Below the pieces are notes generated by a model. It was not told the DNA's origin. It worked only from the letters and a program-made list of their open reading frames with translations, and made no database searches. This document shows, piece by piece, positions 23,001 through 35,000 of a stretch of 64,000 nucleotides of DNA. How positions within the stretch are numbered: the stretch's first letter is position 1; each line of letters opens with the position of its first letter. Where the stretch lies: contig NW_027590890.1 in NCBI RefSeq assembly GCF_964213995.1, positions 62,001-126,000 of the forward strand, read 5' to 3'. Origin of the DNA: Mustelus asterias. Taxonomy: Eukaryota. Position numbers and translations under genes: made by a program.

Positions 23001-26000
23001 GTGCCGCACTGCTAGACGGTTGATATTGAGGGAGTGCTACACTGTCAGAGGGTCAGTATTGAGGAATTGCTACATTGACAGAGGGTCAGCACTGAGGGAG
23101 TGCTGCAGTGCCAGAGGGTCAGTACAGAGAGAGTGCCGCACTGTCAGAGGGTCAGTACTGAGGGAGTGCCGCACTGTCAGAGGGTCAGTGCTGAGGGAGT
23201 GCCGCACTGTCAGAGGGTCAGTACTGAGGCAGTGCCGCACTGTCAGAGGATCAGTACAGAGAGAGTGCCGCACTGTCAGAGGGTCAGTCCAGAGGAAGTG
23301 CCACACTGTCAGAGGGTCAGTACTCAGGGTGAGCTGCACTGTGAGAGGGTCAGTGCTGAGAGAGTGCCAGACTGTCAGAGGGTCAGTACTGAGGGAATGC
23401 TGCACTGTCAGAGGGTCAGTACTGAGGAAATGCTGCACTGTCAGAGGGTCAGTACTGAGGGAGTGCTGCACTGTCAGAGGGTCAGTACAGAGGGAGTGCC
23501 AGACTGTCAGAGGGTCAGTACTGAGGGAGTGCCGCACTGTCAGAGGGTGAGCACTGAGGGGGTGCCGCACAGTGGGAGGGTCAGGACTGAGGGAGTGCCG
23601 CACAGTCAGAGGGTCAGTACAGAGGAAGTGCCGCACTGTCAGAGAGTCAGTTCAGAGTGAGTGCCGCACTGTTAGAGGGTCTGTACTGGGTGAGCACCGC
23701 ACTGTCAGAGGGAGTGCTGCACTGTCAGAGGGTCAGGACTGAGGGGGTGCCGCACTGTGGCAGTGTCAGTGCTGAGTGAGTGCTGCACTGTGGGAGGGTC
23801 AGTGCTGAGTGAGCGCTGCACTGTCAGAGGGTCAGCACTGAGGGAGTGCCGCACTGTCAGAGGGTCAGTACTGAGGGAGTGCCGCACTGTCAGAGGGTCA
23901 GTACTGAGGGAGTGCCGCACTGTCAGAGGGTCAGTACTGAGGGAGTGCCGCACTGTCAGAGGGTCAGTACTGAGGGAGTGCCGCACAGTCCGAGGGTCCG
24001 TACTGAGGGAGTGCCGCACAGTCCGAGGGTCAGTACTGAGGGAGTGCCGCACAGTCCGAGGGTCAGTACTGAGGGAGTGCCGCACAGTTAGAGGGTCAGA
24101 GCTGAGGGAGTGCCGCACTGTCAGAGGATCAGTACTGAGAGAGTGCCACACTGTCAGAGGGTCAGTACTGAGGGAGTGCCGCACTGTCAGAGGGTCAGTG
24201 CTGAGGGAGTGCTGCACAGTCCGAGGGTCAGTACTGGGGGAGCACCGCACTGTCAGAGGGTCAGTGCTGAGGGAGTGCCGCACAGTCCGAGGGTCAGTAC
24301 TGAGGGAGTGCCGCACTGTCAGAGGGTCAGTGCCGAGGGAGTGCCGCACAGTCCGAGGGTCAGTACTGAGGGAGCACCGCACTGTCAGAGGGTCAATGCT
24401 GAGGGAGTGCCGCACTTTCAGAGGCTCAGTACAGAGGGAGTGCCACACTGTCAGAGGGTCAGTACTGAGGGAGTGCCGCACAGTCCGAGGGTCAGTACTG
24501 AGGGAGTGCCGCACAGTCCGAGGGTCAGAGCTGAGGGAGTGCCGCACTGTCAGAGGGTCAGTACTGAGGGAGTGCCGCACTGTCAGAGGGTCAGTGCTGA
24601 GGGAGTGCCGCACAGTCCGAGGGTCAGTACTGAGGGAGTGCCGCACTGTCAGAAGGTCAGTACTGAGGGAGGGCCGCACTGTCAGAGAGTCAGTACTGAG
24701 GGAGTGCTGCACTGTCAGAGGGTCAGTACTGAGGGAGTGCCACACTGTCAGAGGGTCAGTACTGAGGGAGTGCCGCACTGTTAGAGGGTCTGTCCTGAGG
24801 GAGCACCGCACTGCCAGAGGGTGTGCTGCACTGTCAGAGGGTCAGTACTGAGGGAGTGCTGCACTGTCAGAGAGTCAGTCCTGAGTGAGTGCCGCACTGT
24901 CAGAGGATCAGTACAGAGGAAGTGCCACACTGTCAGAGGGTCAGTACTCAGGTTGAGCTGCACTGTGAGAGGGTCTGTGCTGAGAGAGTGCCGCACTGTC
25001 AGAGAGTCTGTACTGAGGGAGCACCGCACTGTCAGAGGCTCAGTACAGAGGGAGTGCCGCACTGTCAGAGGGTCAGTACAGAGGGAGTGCCAGACTGTCA
25101 GAGGGTCAGTAGTGAGGGAGTGCCGCACTGTCAGAGGGTCAGCACTGAGGGGGTGCCGCACAGTGGGAGGGTCAGGACTGAGGGAGTGCCGCACTGTCAG
25201 AGGGTCAGTGCTGAGGGAGTGCCGCACTGTCAGAGGCTCAGTACAGAGTGAGTGCCGCACTGTCAGACGGTCAGTACTGAGGGAGTGTCGCACAGTCCGA
25301 GGGTCAGTGCTGAGGGAGTGCCGCACTGTGGGAGGGTCAATGCTGAGTGAGCGCTGCACTGTCAGAGGGTCAACACTGAGGGAGTGCCGCACTGTCAGAG
25401 GGTCAGTACTGAGGGAGTGCCGCACTGTCAGAGGGTCAGTACTGAGGGAGCGCCGCACTGTCAGAGGGTCAGTACTGAGGGAGTGCCGCACAGTCCGAGG
25501 GTCAGTACTGAGGGAGTGCCGCGCAGTCCGAGGGTCAGTACTGAGGGAGTGCCGCACTGTGGGAGGGTCAGTACTGAGAGAGTGCCACACTGTCAGAGGG
25601 TCAGTACTGAGGGAGTGCCGCACTGTGGGAGGGTCAGTGCTGAGGGAGTGCCGCACAGTCCGAGGGTCAGTGCTGAGGGAGCACCGCACTGTCAGAGGGT
25701 CAGTGCTGAGGGAGTGCCGCACTGTCAGTGGGTCAGTACTGAGGGAGTGCCGCACTGTCAGAGGGTCAGTGCCGAGGGAGTGCCGCACAGTCCGAGGGTC
25801 AGTACTGAGGGAGCACCGCACTGTCAGAGGGTCAGTGCTGAGGGAGTGCCGCACTGTCAGAGGCTTAGTACAGAGGGAGTGCCACACTGTCAGAGGGTCA
25901 GTACTGAGGGAGTGCCGCACAGTCCGAGGGTCAGTGCTGAGGGAGTGCCATACTGTCAGAGGGTCAGTACTGAGGGAGTGCCGCACAGTCCGAGGGTCAG

Positions 26001-29000
26001 TACTGAGGGAGTGCCGCACAGTCAGAGGGTCAGAGCTGAGGGAGTGCCGCACTGTCAGAGGGTCAGTACTGAAGGAGTGCCGCACTGTCAGAGGGTCAGT
26101 ACTGAGGGAGTGCTGCACTGTCAGAGGGTCAGTGCCGAGGGAGTGCCGCACAGTCCGAGGGTCAGTACTGAGGGAGCACCGCACTGTCAGAGGGTCAGTG
26201 CTGAGGGAGTGCCGCACTGTCAGAGGCTCAGTACAGAGGGAGTGCCACACTGTCAGAGGGTCAGTACTGAGGGAGTGCCGCACAGTCCGAGGGTCAGTGC
26301 TGAGGGAGTGCCGCACTGTCAGAGGGTCAGGACTGAGGGAGTGCCGCACAGTCCGAGGGTCAGTACTGAGGGAGTGCCACACAGTCAGAGGGTCAGAGCT
26401 GAGGGAGTGCCTCACTGTCAGAGGGTCAGTACTGAGGGAGTGCCGCACTGTCAGAGGGTCAGTACTGAGGGAGTGCCACACTGTCAGAGGGTCAGGACTG
26501 AGGGAGTGCCGCACTGTCAGAGGGTCAGTGCTGAGGGAGTGCCGCACAGTCCGAGGGTCAGTACTGAGGGAGTGCCGCACTGTCAGAGGCTCAGTACAGA
26601 GGGAGTGCCGCACTGTCAGAGGGTCAGTACTGAGGGAGTGCCGCACTGTCAGAGGGTCAGAGCTGAGGGAGTGCCGCACTGTCAGAGGGTCAGTACTGAG
26701 GGAGTGCCACACTGTCAGAGGGTCAGTCCAGAGGGAGTGCCACACTGTCAGAGGGTCAGTGCTGAGGGAGTGCCGCACTGTCAGAGGGTCAGTCCAGAGG
26801 GAGTGCCACACTGTCAGAGGGTCAGTGCTGAGGGAGTGCCACACTGTCAGAGGATCAGTGCTGAGGGAGTCCCGCACTGTCAGAGGGTCAGTCCAGAGGG
26901 AGTGCAACACTGTCAGAGGGTCAGTGCTGAGGGAGTGCCGCACTGTCAGAGGGTCAGTACTGAGGGAGTGCCGCACTGTCAGAAGGTCAGTACTGAGGGA
27001 GTGCCGCACTGTCAGAGAGTCAGTACTGAGGGAGTGCTGCACTGTCAGAAGGTCAGTACTGAGGGAGTGCCGCACTGTCAGAGAGTCAGTACTGAGGGAG
27101 TGCTGCACTGTCAGAGGGTCAGTACTGAGGGAGTGCCACACTGTCAGAGGGTCAGTACTGAGGGAGTGCCGCACTGTCAGAGGGTCAGTCCAGAGGGAGT
27201 GCTGCACCGTCAGAGGGTCAGTACTGAGGGAATGATGCACTGTGGGAGGGTCAGTACTCAGGGAGTGCCGCACTGTCAGAGGGTCAGAGCTGAGGGAGTG
27301 CTGCATTGTGAGAGGGTCAGGACTGAGGGAGTGCCGCGCTGTCAGAGGGTCAGTACTGAGGGAGTGCCGCACTGTCAGAGGCTCAGTACAGAGGGAGTGC
27401 CACACTGTCAGAGGGTCAGTACTGAGGGAGTGCCGCACAGTCCGAGGGTCAGTGCTGAGGGAGTGCCACACTGTCAGAGGGCCAGTACTGAGGGAATGCC
27501 GCACAGTCCGAGGGTCAGTACTGAGGGAGTGCCACACAGTCAGAGGGTCAGAGCTGAGGGAGTGCCGCACTGTCAGAGGGTCAGTACTGAGGGAGTGCCG
27601 CACTGTCAGAGGGTCAGTACTGAGGGAGTGCCACACTGTCAGAGGGTCAGTACTGAGGGAGGGCCGCACTGTCAGAGGGTCAGTGCTGAGGGAGTGCCGC
27701 ACAGTCCGAGGGTCAGTACTGAGGGAGTGCCGCACTGTCAGAGGCTCAGTACAGAGTGAGTGCCGCACTGTCAGAGGGTCAGTACTGAGGGAGTGCCGCA
27801 CTGTCAGAGGGTCAGAGCTGAGGGAGTGCCGCACTGTCAGAGGGTCAGTACTGAGGGAGTGCCACACTGTCAGAGGGTCAGTCCAGAGGGAGTGCCACAC
27901 TGTCAGAGGGTCAGTGCTGAGGGAGTGCCGCACTGTCAGAGGGTCAGTCCAGAGGGAGTGCCACACTGTCAGAGGGTCAGTGCTGAGGGAGTGCCGCACT
28001 GTCAGAGGGTCAGTACTGAGGGAGTCCCGCACTGTCAGAGGGTCAGTCCAGAGGGAGTGCAACACTGTCAGAGGGTCAGTGCTGAGGGAGTGCCGCACTG
28101 TCAGAGGGTCAGTACTGAGGGAGTGCCGCACTGTCAGAAGGTCAGTACTGAGGGAGTGCCGCACTGTCAGAGAGTCAGTCCTGAGGGAGTGCTGCACTGT
28201 CAGAGGGTCAGTACTGAGGGAGTGCCACACTGTCAGAGGGTCAGTACTGAGGGAGTGCCGCACTGTCAGAGGGTCAGTCCAGAGGGAGTGCTGCACCGTC
28301 AGAGGGTCAGTACTGAGGGAATGATGCACTGTGGGAGGGTCAGTACTCAGGGAGTGCCGCACTGTCAGAGGGTCAGAGCTGAGGGAGTGCTGCATTGTGA
28401 GAGGGTCAGGACTGAGGGAGTGCCGCGCTGTCAGAGGGTCAGTACTGAGGGAGTGCCGCACTGTCACAGGGTCAGTACTGAGTGAGTGCCGCACTGTCAC
28501 AGGGTCAGTACTGAGGGAGTGCCGCACTGTCAGAGAGTCAGTCCTGAGTGAGTGCCGCACTGTCAGAGGGTCAGTACTGAGTGAGTGCCGTACTGTCAGA
28601 GGGTCAGTACTGAGGGAGTGCCGCACTGTCAGAGGGTCTGTCCTGAGGGAGCACCGCACTGTCAGGGGGGGTGCTGCACTGTCAGAGGGCCAGGATGAGG
28701 GAGTGCCGCACTGTCAGAGGGTCAGTGCTGAGGGAGTGCTGCACTGTCAGAGGGTCAGCATTGAGGGAGTGCTGCATTGTCAGAGGGTCAGTGCTGAGGG
28801 AGTGCTGCACTGTCAGAGGGTCAGCATTGAGGGAGTGCCGCACTGTCAGAGAGTCAGTCCTGAGTGAGTGCCGCACTGTCAGAGGGTCAGTACTGAGTGA
28901 GTGCCGTACTGTCAGAGGGTCAGTACTGAGGGAGTGCCGCACTGTCAGAGGGTCTGTCCTGAGGGAGAACCGCACTGTCAGGGGGGGTGCTGCACTGTCA

Positions 29001-32000
29001 GAGGGCCAGGATGAGAGAGTGCCCCACTGTCAGAGAGTCAGTGCTGAGGGAGTGCTGCACTGTCAGAGGGTCAGCATTGAGGGAGTGCCGCACTGTCAGA
29101 GGGTCAATGCTGAGGGAATGCTGCACTGTCAGAGGGTCAGTGCTGAGGGAGTGCCGCACTGTCAGAGGGTCAGTACTGAGGGAGTGCTGCACTGTCAGAG
29201 GGTCAGTACTGAGGGAGTGCTGCACTGTCAGAGGGTCAGTACTGAGGGAGTGCCGCATTGTCAGAGGATCAGTACTGAGGGAGTGCCGCACTGTCAGAGA
29301 GTCAGGACTGGGTGAGTACCGCACTGTCAGAGGGTCAGTACTGAGGGAGTGCCGCACTGTCAGAGGGTCAGTACTGAGGGAGTGCTGCACTTTCAGAGGG
29401 TCAGTACTGAGGGAGTGCTGCACTGTCAGAGGGTCAGTACTGAAGAGGTGCTGCACTGTCAGAGGGTCAGTACTGAGGGAGTGCCACACTCCCAGAGGGT
29501 CACGACAGAGGGAGTGCCGCACTGTCAGAGAGTCAGTACTGAGGGAGTGATGCACTGGCAAAGGGTCAGTACTGACGGACTGCCGCACTGTGAGAGGGTC
29601 TGTACTGAGGGAGCACCGCACTGCCAGAGGGTGTGCTGCACTGTCAGAGGGTCAGGACTGAGGGGGTGCCGCACTGTGGGAGGGTCAGTACTCAGGGAGT
29701 GCCGCACTGTCAGAGGGTCAGAGCTGAGGGAGTGCTGCATTGTGAGAGGGTCAGGACTGAGGGAGTGCCGCACTGTCAGAGGATCAGTACTGAGGGAGTG
29801 CCGCACTGTCAGAGGGTCAGTACTGAGGGAGTGCCGCACTGTCAGAGGGTCAGTACTGAGGGAGAGCTGCACTGTCAGAGGGTCAGTACTGAGGGCGTCC
29901 TGCACTGTCAGAGAGTCAGTGCTGAGTGAGTGCCGTATTGTCAGAGGGTCAGTACTGAGGGAGAGCCGCACTGTCAGAGGGTCTGTCCTGAGGGAGAGCC
30001 GCACTGTCAGAGGGTCAGTACTGAGGGAGAGCCGCACTGTCAGAGGGTCTGTCCTGAGGGAGCACTGCACTGTCAGGGGGAGTGCTGCACTATCAGAGGG
30101 CCAGGACTGAGGGGGTGCCGCACAGTCAGAGGGTCAGTACTGAGGGAGTGCCGCACTGTCAGAGGGTCAGTACTGAGGGAGAGGTGCATTGTCAGAGGGT
30201 CAGTACTGAGGGAATGCCGTATTTTCAGAGGGTCAGTACAGAGGGAGTGCCCCACTGTCAGAGGGTCAGTGCTGAGAGAGTGCTGCACTGTCAGAGGTTC
30301 AGTACTGAGGGAGTGCTGCACTGTCAGAGGGTCAGAACTGAGGGAGTGCCGCACTGTCAGAGGGTCAGTACTGAGGGAGTGCCGCACTGTCAGAGGGTCA
30401 GTACTGAGGGAGTGCCAGACTGTCAGAGGGTCAGTACTGAGGGAGTGCCGCACTGTCAGAGGGTGAGCACTGAGGGGGTGCCGCACAGTGGGAGGGTCAG
30501 GACTGAGGGAGTGCCGCACAGTCAGAGGGTCAGTACAGAGGAAGTGCCGCACTGTCAGAGAGTCAGTTCAGAGTGAGTGCCGCACTGTTAGAGGGTCTGT
30601 ACTGGGTGAGCACCGCACTGTCAGAGGGAGTGCTGCACTGTCAGAGGGTCAGGACTGAGGGGGTGCCGCACTGTGGCAGTGTCAGTGCTGAGTGAGTGCT
30701 GCACTGTGGGAGGGTCAGTGCTGAGTGAGCGCTGCACTGTCAGAGGGTCAGCACTGAGGGAGTGCCGCACTGTCAGAGGGTCAGTACTGAGGGAGTGCCG
30801 CACTGTCAGAGGGTCAGTACTGAGGGAGTGCCGCACTGTCAGAGGGTCAGTACTGAGGGAGTGCCGCACTGTCAGAGGGTCAGTACTGAGGGAGTGCCGC
30901 ACAGTCCGAGGGTCCGTACTGAGGGAGTGCCGCACAGTCCGAGGGTCAGTACTGAGGGAGTGCCGCACAGTCCGAGGGTCAGTACTGAGGGAGTGCCGCA
31001 CAGTTAGAGGGTCAGAGCTGAGGGAGTGCCGCACTGTCAGAGGATCAGTACTGAGAGAGTGCCACACTGTCAGAGGGTCAGTACTGAGGGAGTGCCGCAC
31101 TGTCAGAGGGTCAGTGCTGAGGGAGTGCTGCACAGTCCGAGGGTCAGTACTGGGGGAGCACCGCACTGTCAGAGGGTCAGTGCTGAGGGAGTGCCGCACA
31201 GTCCGAGGGTCAGTACTGAGGGAGTGCCGCACTGTCAGAGGGTCAGTGCCGAGGGAGTGCCGCACAGTCCGAGGGTCAGTACTGAGGGAGCACCGCACTG
31301 TCAGAGGGTCAATGCTGAGGGAGTGCCGCACTTTCAGAGGCTCAGTACAGAGGGAGTGCCACACTGTCAGAGGGTCAGTACTGAGGGAGTGCCGCACAGT
31401 CCGAGGGTCAGTACTGAGGGAGTGCCGCACAGTCCGAGGGTCAGAGCTGAGGGAGTGCCGCACTGTCAGAGGGTCAGTTCTGAGGGAGTGCCGCACTGTC
31501 AGAGGGTCAGTGCTGAGGGAGTGCCGCACAGTCCGAGGGTCAGTACTGAGGGAGTGCCGCACTGTCAGAAGGTCAGTACTGAGGGAGGGCCGCACTGTCA
31601 GAGAGTCAGTACTGAGGGAGTGCTGCACTGTCAGAGGGTCAGTACTGAGGGAGTGCCACACTGTCAGAGGGTCAGTACTGAGGGAGTGCCGCACTGTTAG
31701 AGGGTCTGTCCTGAGGGAGCACCGCACTGCCAGAGGGTGTGCTGCACTGTCAGAGGGTCAGTACTGAGGGAGTGCTGCACTGTCAGAGAGTCAGTCCTGA
31801 GTGAGTGCCGCACTGTCAGAGGATCAGTACAGAGGAAGTGCCACACTGTCAGAGGGTCAGCACTCAGGTTGAGCTGCACTGTGAGAGGGTCTGTGCTGAG
31901 AGAGTGCCGCACTGTCAGAGAGTCTGTACTGAGGGAGCACCGCACTGTCAGAGGCTCAGTACAGAGGGAGTGCCGCACTGTCAGAGGGTCAGTACAGAGG

Positions 32001-35000
32001 GAGTGCCAGACTGTCAGAGGGTCAGTAGTGAGGGAGTGCCGCACTGTCAGAGGGTCAGCACTGAGGGGGTGCCGCACAGTGGGAGGGTCAGGACTGAGGG
32101 AGTGCCGCACTGTCAGAGGGTCAGTGCTGAGGGAGTGCCGCACTGTCAGAGGCTCAGTACAGAGTGAGTGCCGCACTGTCAGACGGTCAGTACTGAGGGA
32201 GTGTCGCACAGTCCGAGGGTCAGTGCTGAGGGAGTGCCGCACTGTGGGAGGGTCAATGCTGAGTGAGCGCTGCACTGTCAGAGGGTCAACACTGAGGGAG
32301 TGCCGCACTGTCAGAGGGTCAGTACTGAGGGAGTGCCGCACTGTCAGAGGGTCAGTACTGAGGGAGCGCCGCACTGTCAGAGGGTCAGTACTGAGGGAGT
32401 GCCGCACAGTCCGAGGGTCAGTACTGAGGGAGTGCCGCGCAGTCCGAGGGTCAGTACTGAGGGAGTGCCGCACTGTGGGAGGGTCAGTACTGAGAGAGTG
32501 CCACACTGTCAGAGGGTCAGTACTGAGGGAGTGCCGCACTGTGGGAGGGTCAGTGCTGAGGGAGTGCCGCACAGTCCGAGGGTCAGTGCTGAGGGAGCAC
32601 CGCACTGTCAGAGGGTCAGTGCTGAGGGAGTGCCGCACTGTCAGTGGGTCAGTACTGAGGGAGTGCCGCACTGTCAGAGGGTCAGTGCCGAGGGAGTGCC
32701 GCACAGTCCGAGGGTCAGTACTGAGGGAGCACCGCACTGTCAGAGGGTCAGTGCTGAGGGAGTGCCGCACTGTCAGAGGCTTAGTACAGAGGGAGTGCCA
32801 CACTGTCAGAGGGTCAGTACTGAGGGAGTGCCGCACAGTCCGAGGGTCAGTGCTGAGGGAGTGCCATACTGTCAGAGGGTCAGTACTGAGGGAGTGCCGC
32901 ACAGTCCGAGGGTCAGTACTGAGGGAGTGCCGCACAGTCAGAGGGTCAGAGCTGAGGGAGTGCCGCACTGTCAGAGGGTCAGTACTGAAGGAGTGCCGCA
33001 CTGTCAGAGGGTCAGTACTGAGGGAGTGCTGCACTGTCAGAGGGTCAGTGCCGAGGGAGTGCCGCACAGTCCGAGGGTCAGTACTGAGGGAGCACCGCAC
33101 TGTCAGAGGGTCAGTGCTGAGGGAGTGCCGCACTGTCAGAGGCTCAGTACAGAGGGAGTGCCACACTGTCAGAGGGTCAGTACTGAGGGAGTGCCGCACA
33201 GTCCGAGGGTCAGTACTGAGGGAGTGCCACACAGTCAGAGGGTCAGAGCTGAGGGAGTGCCTCACTGTCAGAGGGTCAGTACTGAGGGAGTGCCGCACTG
33301 TCAGAGGGTCAGTACTGAGGGAGTGCCACACTGTCAGAGGGTCAGGACTGAGGGAGTGCCGCACTGTCAGAGGGTCAGTGCTGAGGGAGTGCCGCACAGT
33401 CCGAGGGTCAGTACTGAGGGAGTGCCGCACTGTCAGAGGCTCAGTACAGAGGGAGTGCCGCACTGTCAGAGGGTCAGTACTGAGGGAGTGCCGCACTGTC
33501 AGAGGGTCAGAGCTGAGGGAGTGCCGCACTGTCAGAGGGTCAGTACTGAGGGAGTGCCACACTGTCAGAGGGTCAGTCCAGAGGGAGTGCCACACTGTCA
33601 GAGGGTCAGTGCTGAGGGAGTGCCGCACTGTCAGAGGGTCAGTCCAGAGGGAGTGCCACACTGTCAGAGGGTCAGTGCTGAGGGAGTGCCACACTGTCAG
33701 AGGATCAGTGCTGAGGGAGTCCCGCACTGTCAGAGGGTCAGTCCAGAGGGAGTGCAACACTGTCAGAGGGTCAGTGCTGAGGGAGTGCCGCACTGTCAGA
33801 GGGTCAGTACTGAGGGAGTGCCGCACTGTCAGAAGGTCAGTACTGAGGGAGTGCCGCACTGTCAGAGAGTCAGTACTGAGGGAGTGCTGCACTGTCAGAA
33901 GGTCAGTACTGAGGGAGTGCCGCACTGTCAGAGAGTCAGTACTGAGGGAGTGCTGCACTGTCAGAGGGTCAGTACTGAGGGAGTGCCACACTGTCAGAGG
34001 GTCAGTACTGAGGGAGTGCCGCACTGTCAGAGGGTCAGTCCAGAGGGAGTGCTGCACCGTCAGAGGGTCAGTACTGAGGGAATGATGCACTGTGGGAGGG
34101 TCAGTACTCAGGGAGTGCCGCACTGTCAGAGGGTCAGAGCTGAGGGAGTGCTGCATTGTGAGAGGGTCAGGACTGAGGGAGTGCCGCGCTGTCAGAGGGT
34201 CAGTACTGAGGGAGTGCCACACTGTCAGAGGCTCAGTACTGAGGGAGTGCCACACTGTCAGAGGGTCAGTACTGAGGGAGTGCCGCACAGTCCGAGGGTC
34301 AGTGCTGAGGGAGTGCCACACTGTCAGAGGGCCAGTACTGAGGGAATGCCGCACAGTCCGAGGGTCAGTACTGAGGGAGTGCCACACAGTCAGAGGGTCA
34401 GAGCTGAGGGAGTGCCGCACTGTCAGAGGGTCAGTACTGAGGGAGTGCCGCACTGTCAGAGGGTCAGTACTGAGGGAGTGCCACACTGTCAGAGGGTCAG
34501 TACTGAGGGAGTGCCGCACTGTCAGAGGGTCAGTGCTGAGGGAGTGCCGCACAGTCCGAGGGTCAGTACTGAGGGAGTGCCGCACTGTCAGAGGCTCAGT
34601 ACAGAGTGAGTGCCGCACTGTCAGAGGGTCAGTACTGAGGGAGTGCCGCACTGTCAGAGGGTCAGAGCTGAGGGAGTGCCGCACTGTCAGAGGGTCAGTA
34701 CTGAGGGAGTGCCACACTGTCAGAGGGTCAGTCCAGAGGGAGTGCCACACTGTCAGAGGGTCAGTGCTGAGGGAGTGCCGCACTGTCAGAGGGTCAGTCC
34801 AGAGGGAGTGCCACACTGTCAGAGGGTCAGTGCTGAGGGAGTGCCGCACTGTCAGAGGGTCAGTACTGAGGGAGTCCCGCACTGTCAGAGGGTCAGTCCA
34901 GAGGGAGTGCAACACTGTCAGAGGGTCAGTGCTGAGGGAGTGCCGCACTGTCAGAGGGTCAGTACTGAGGGAGTGCCGCACTGTCAGAAGGTCAGTACTG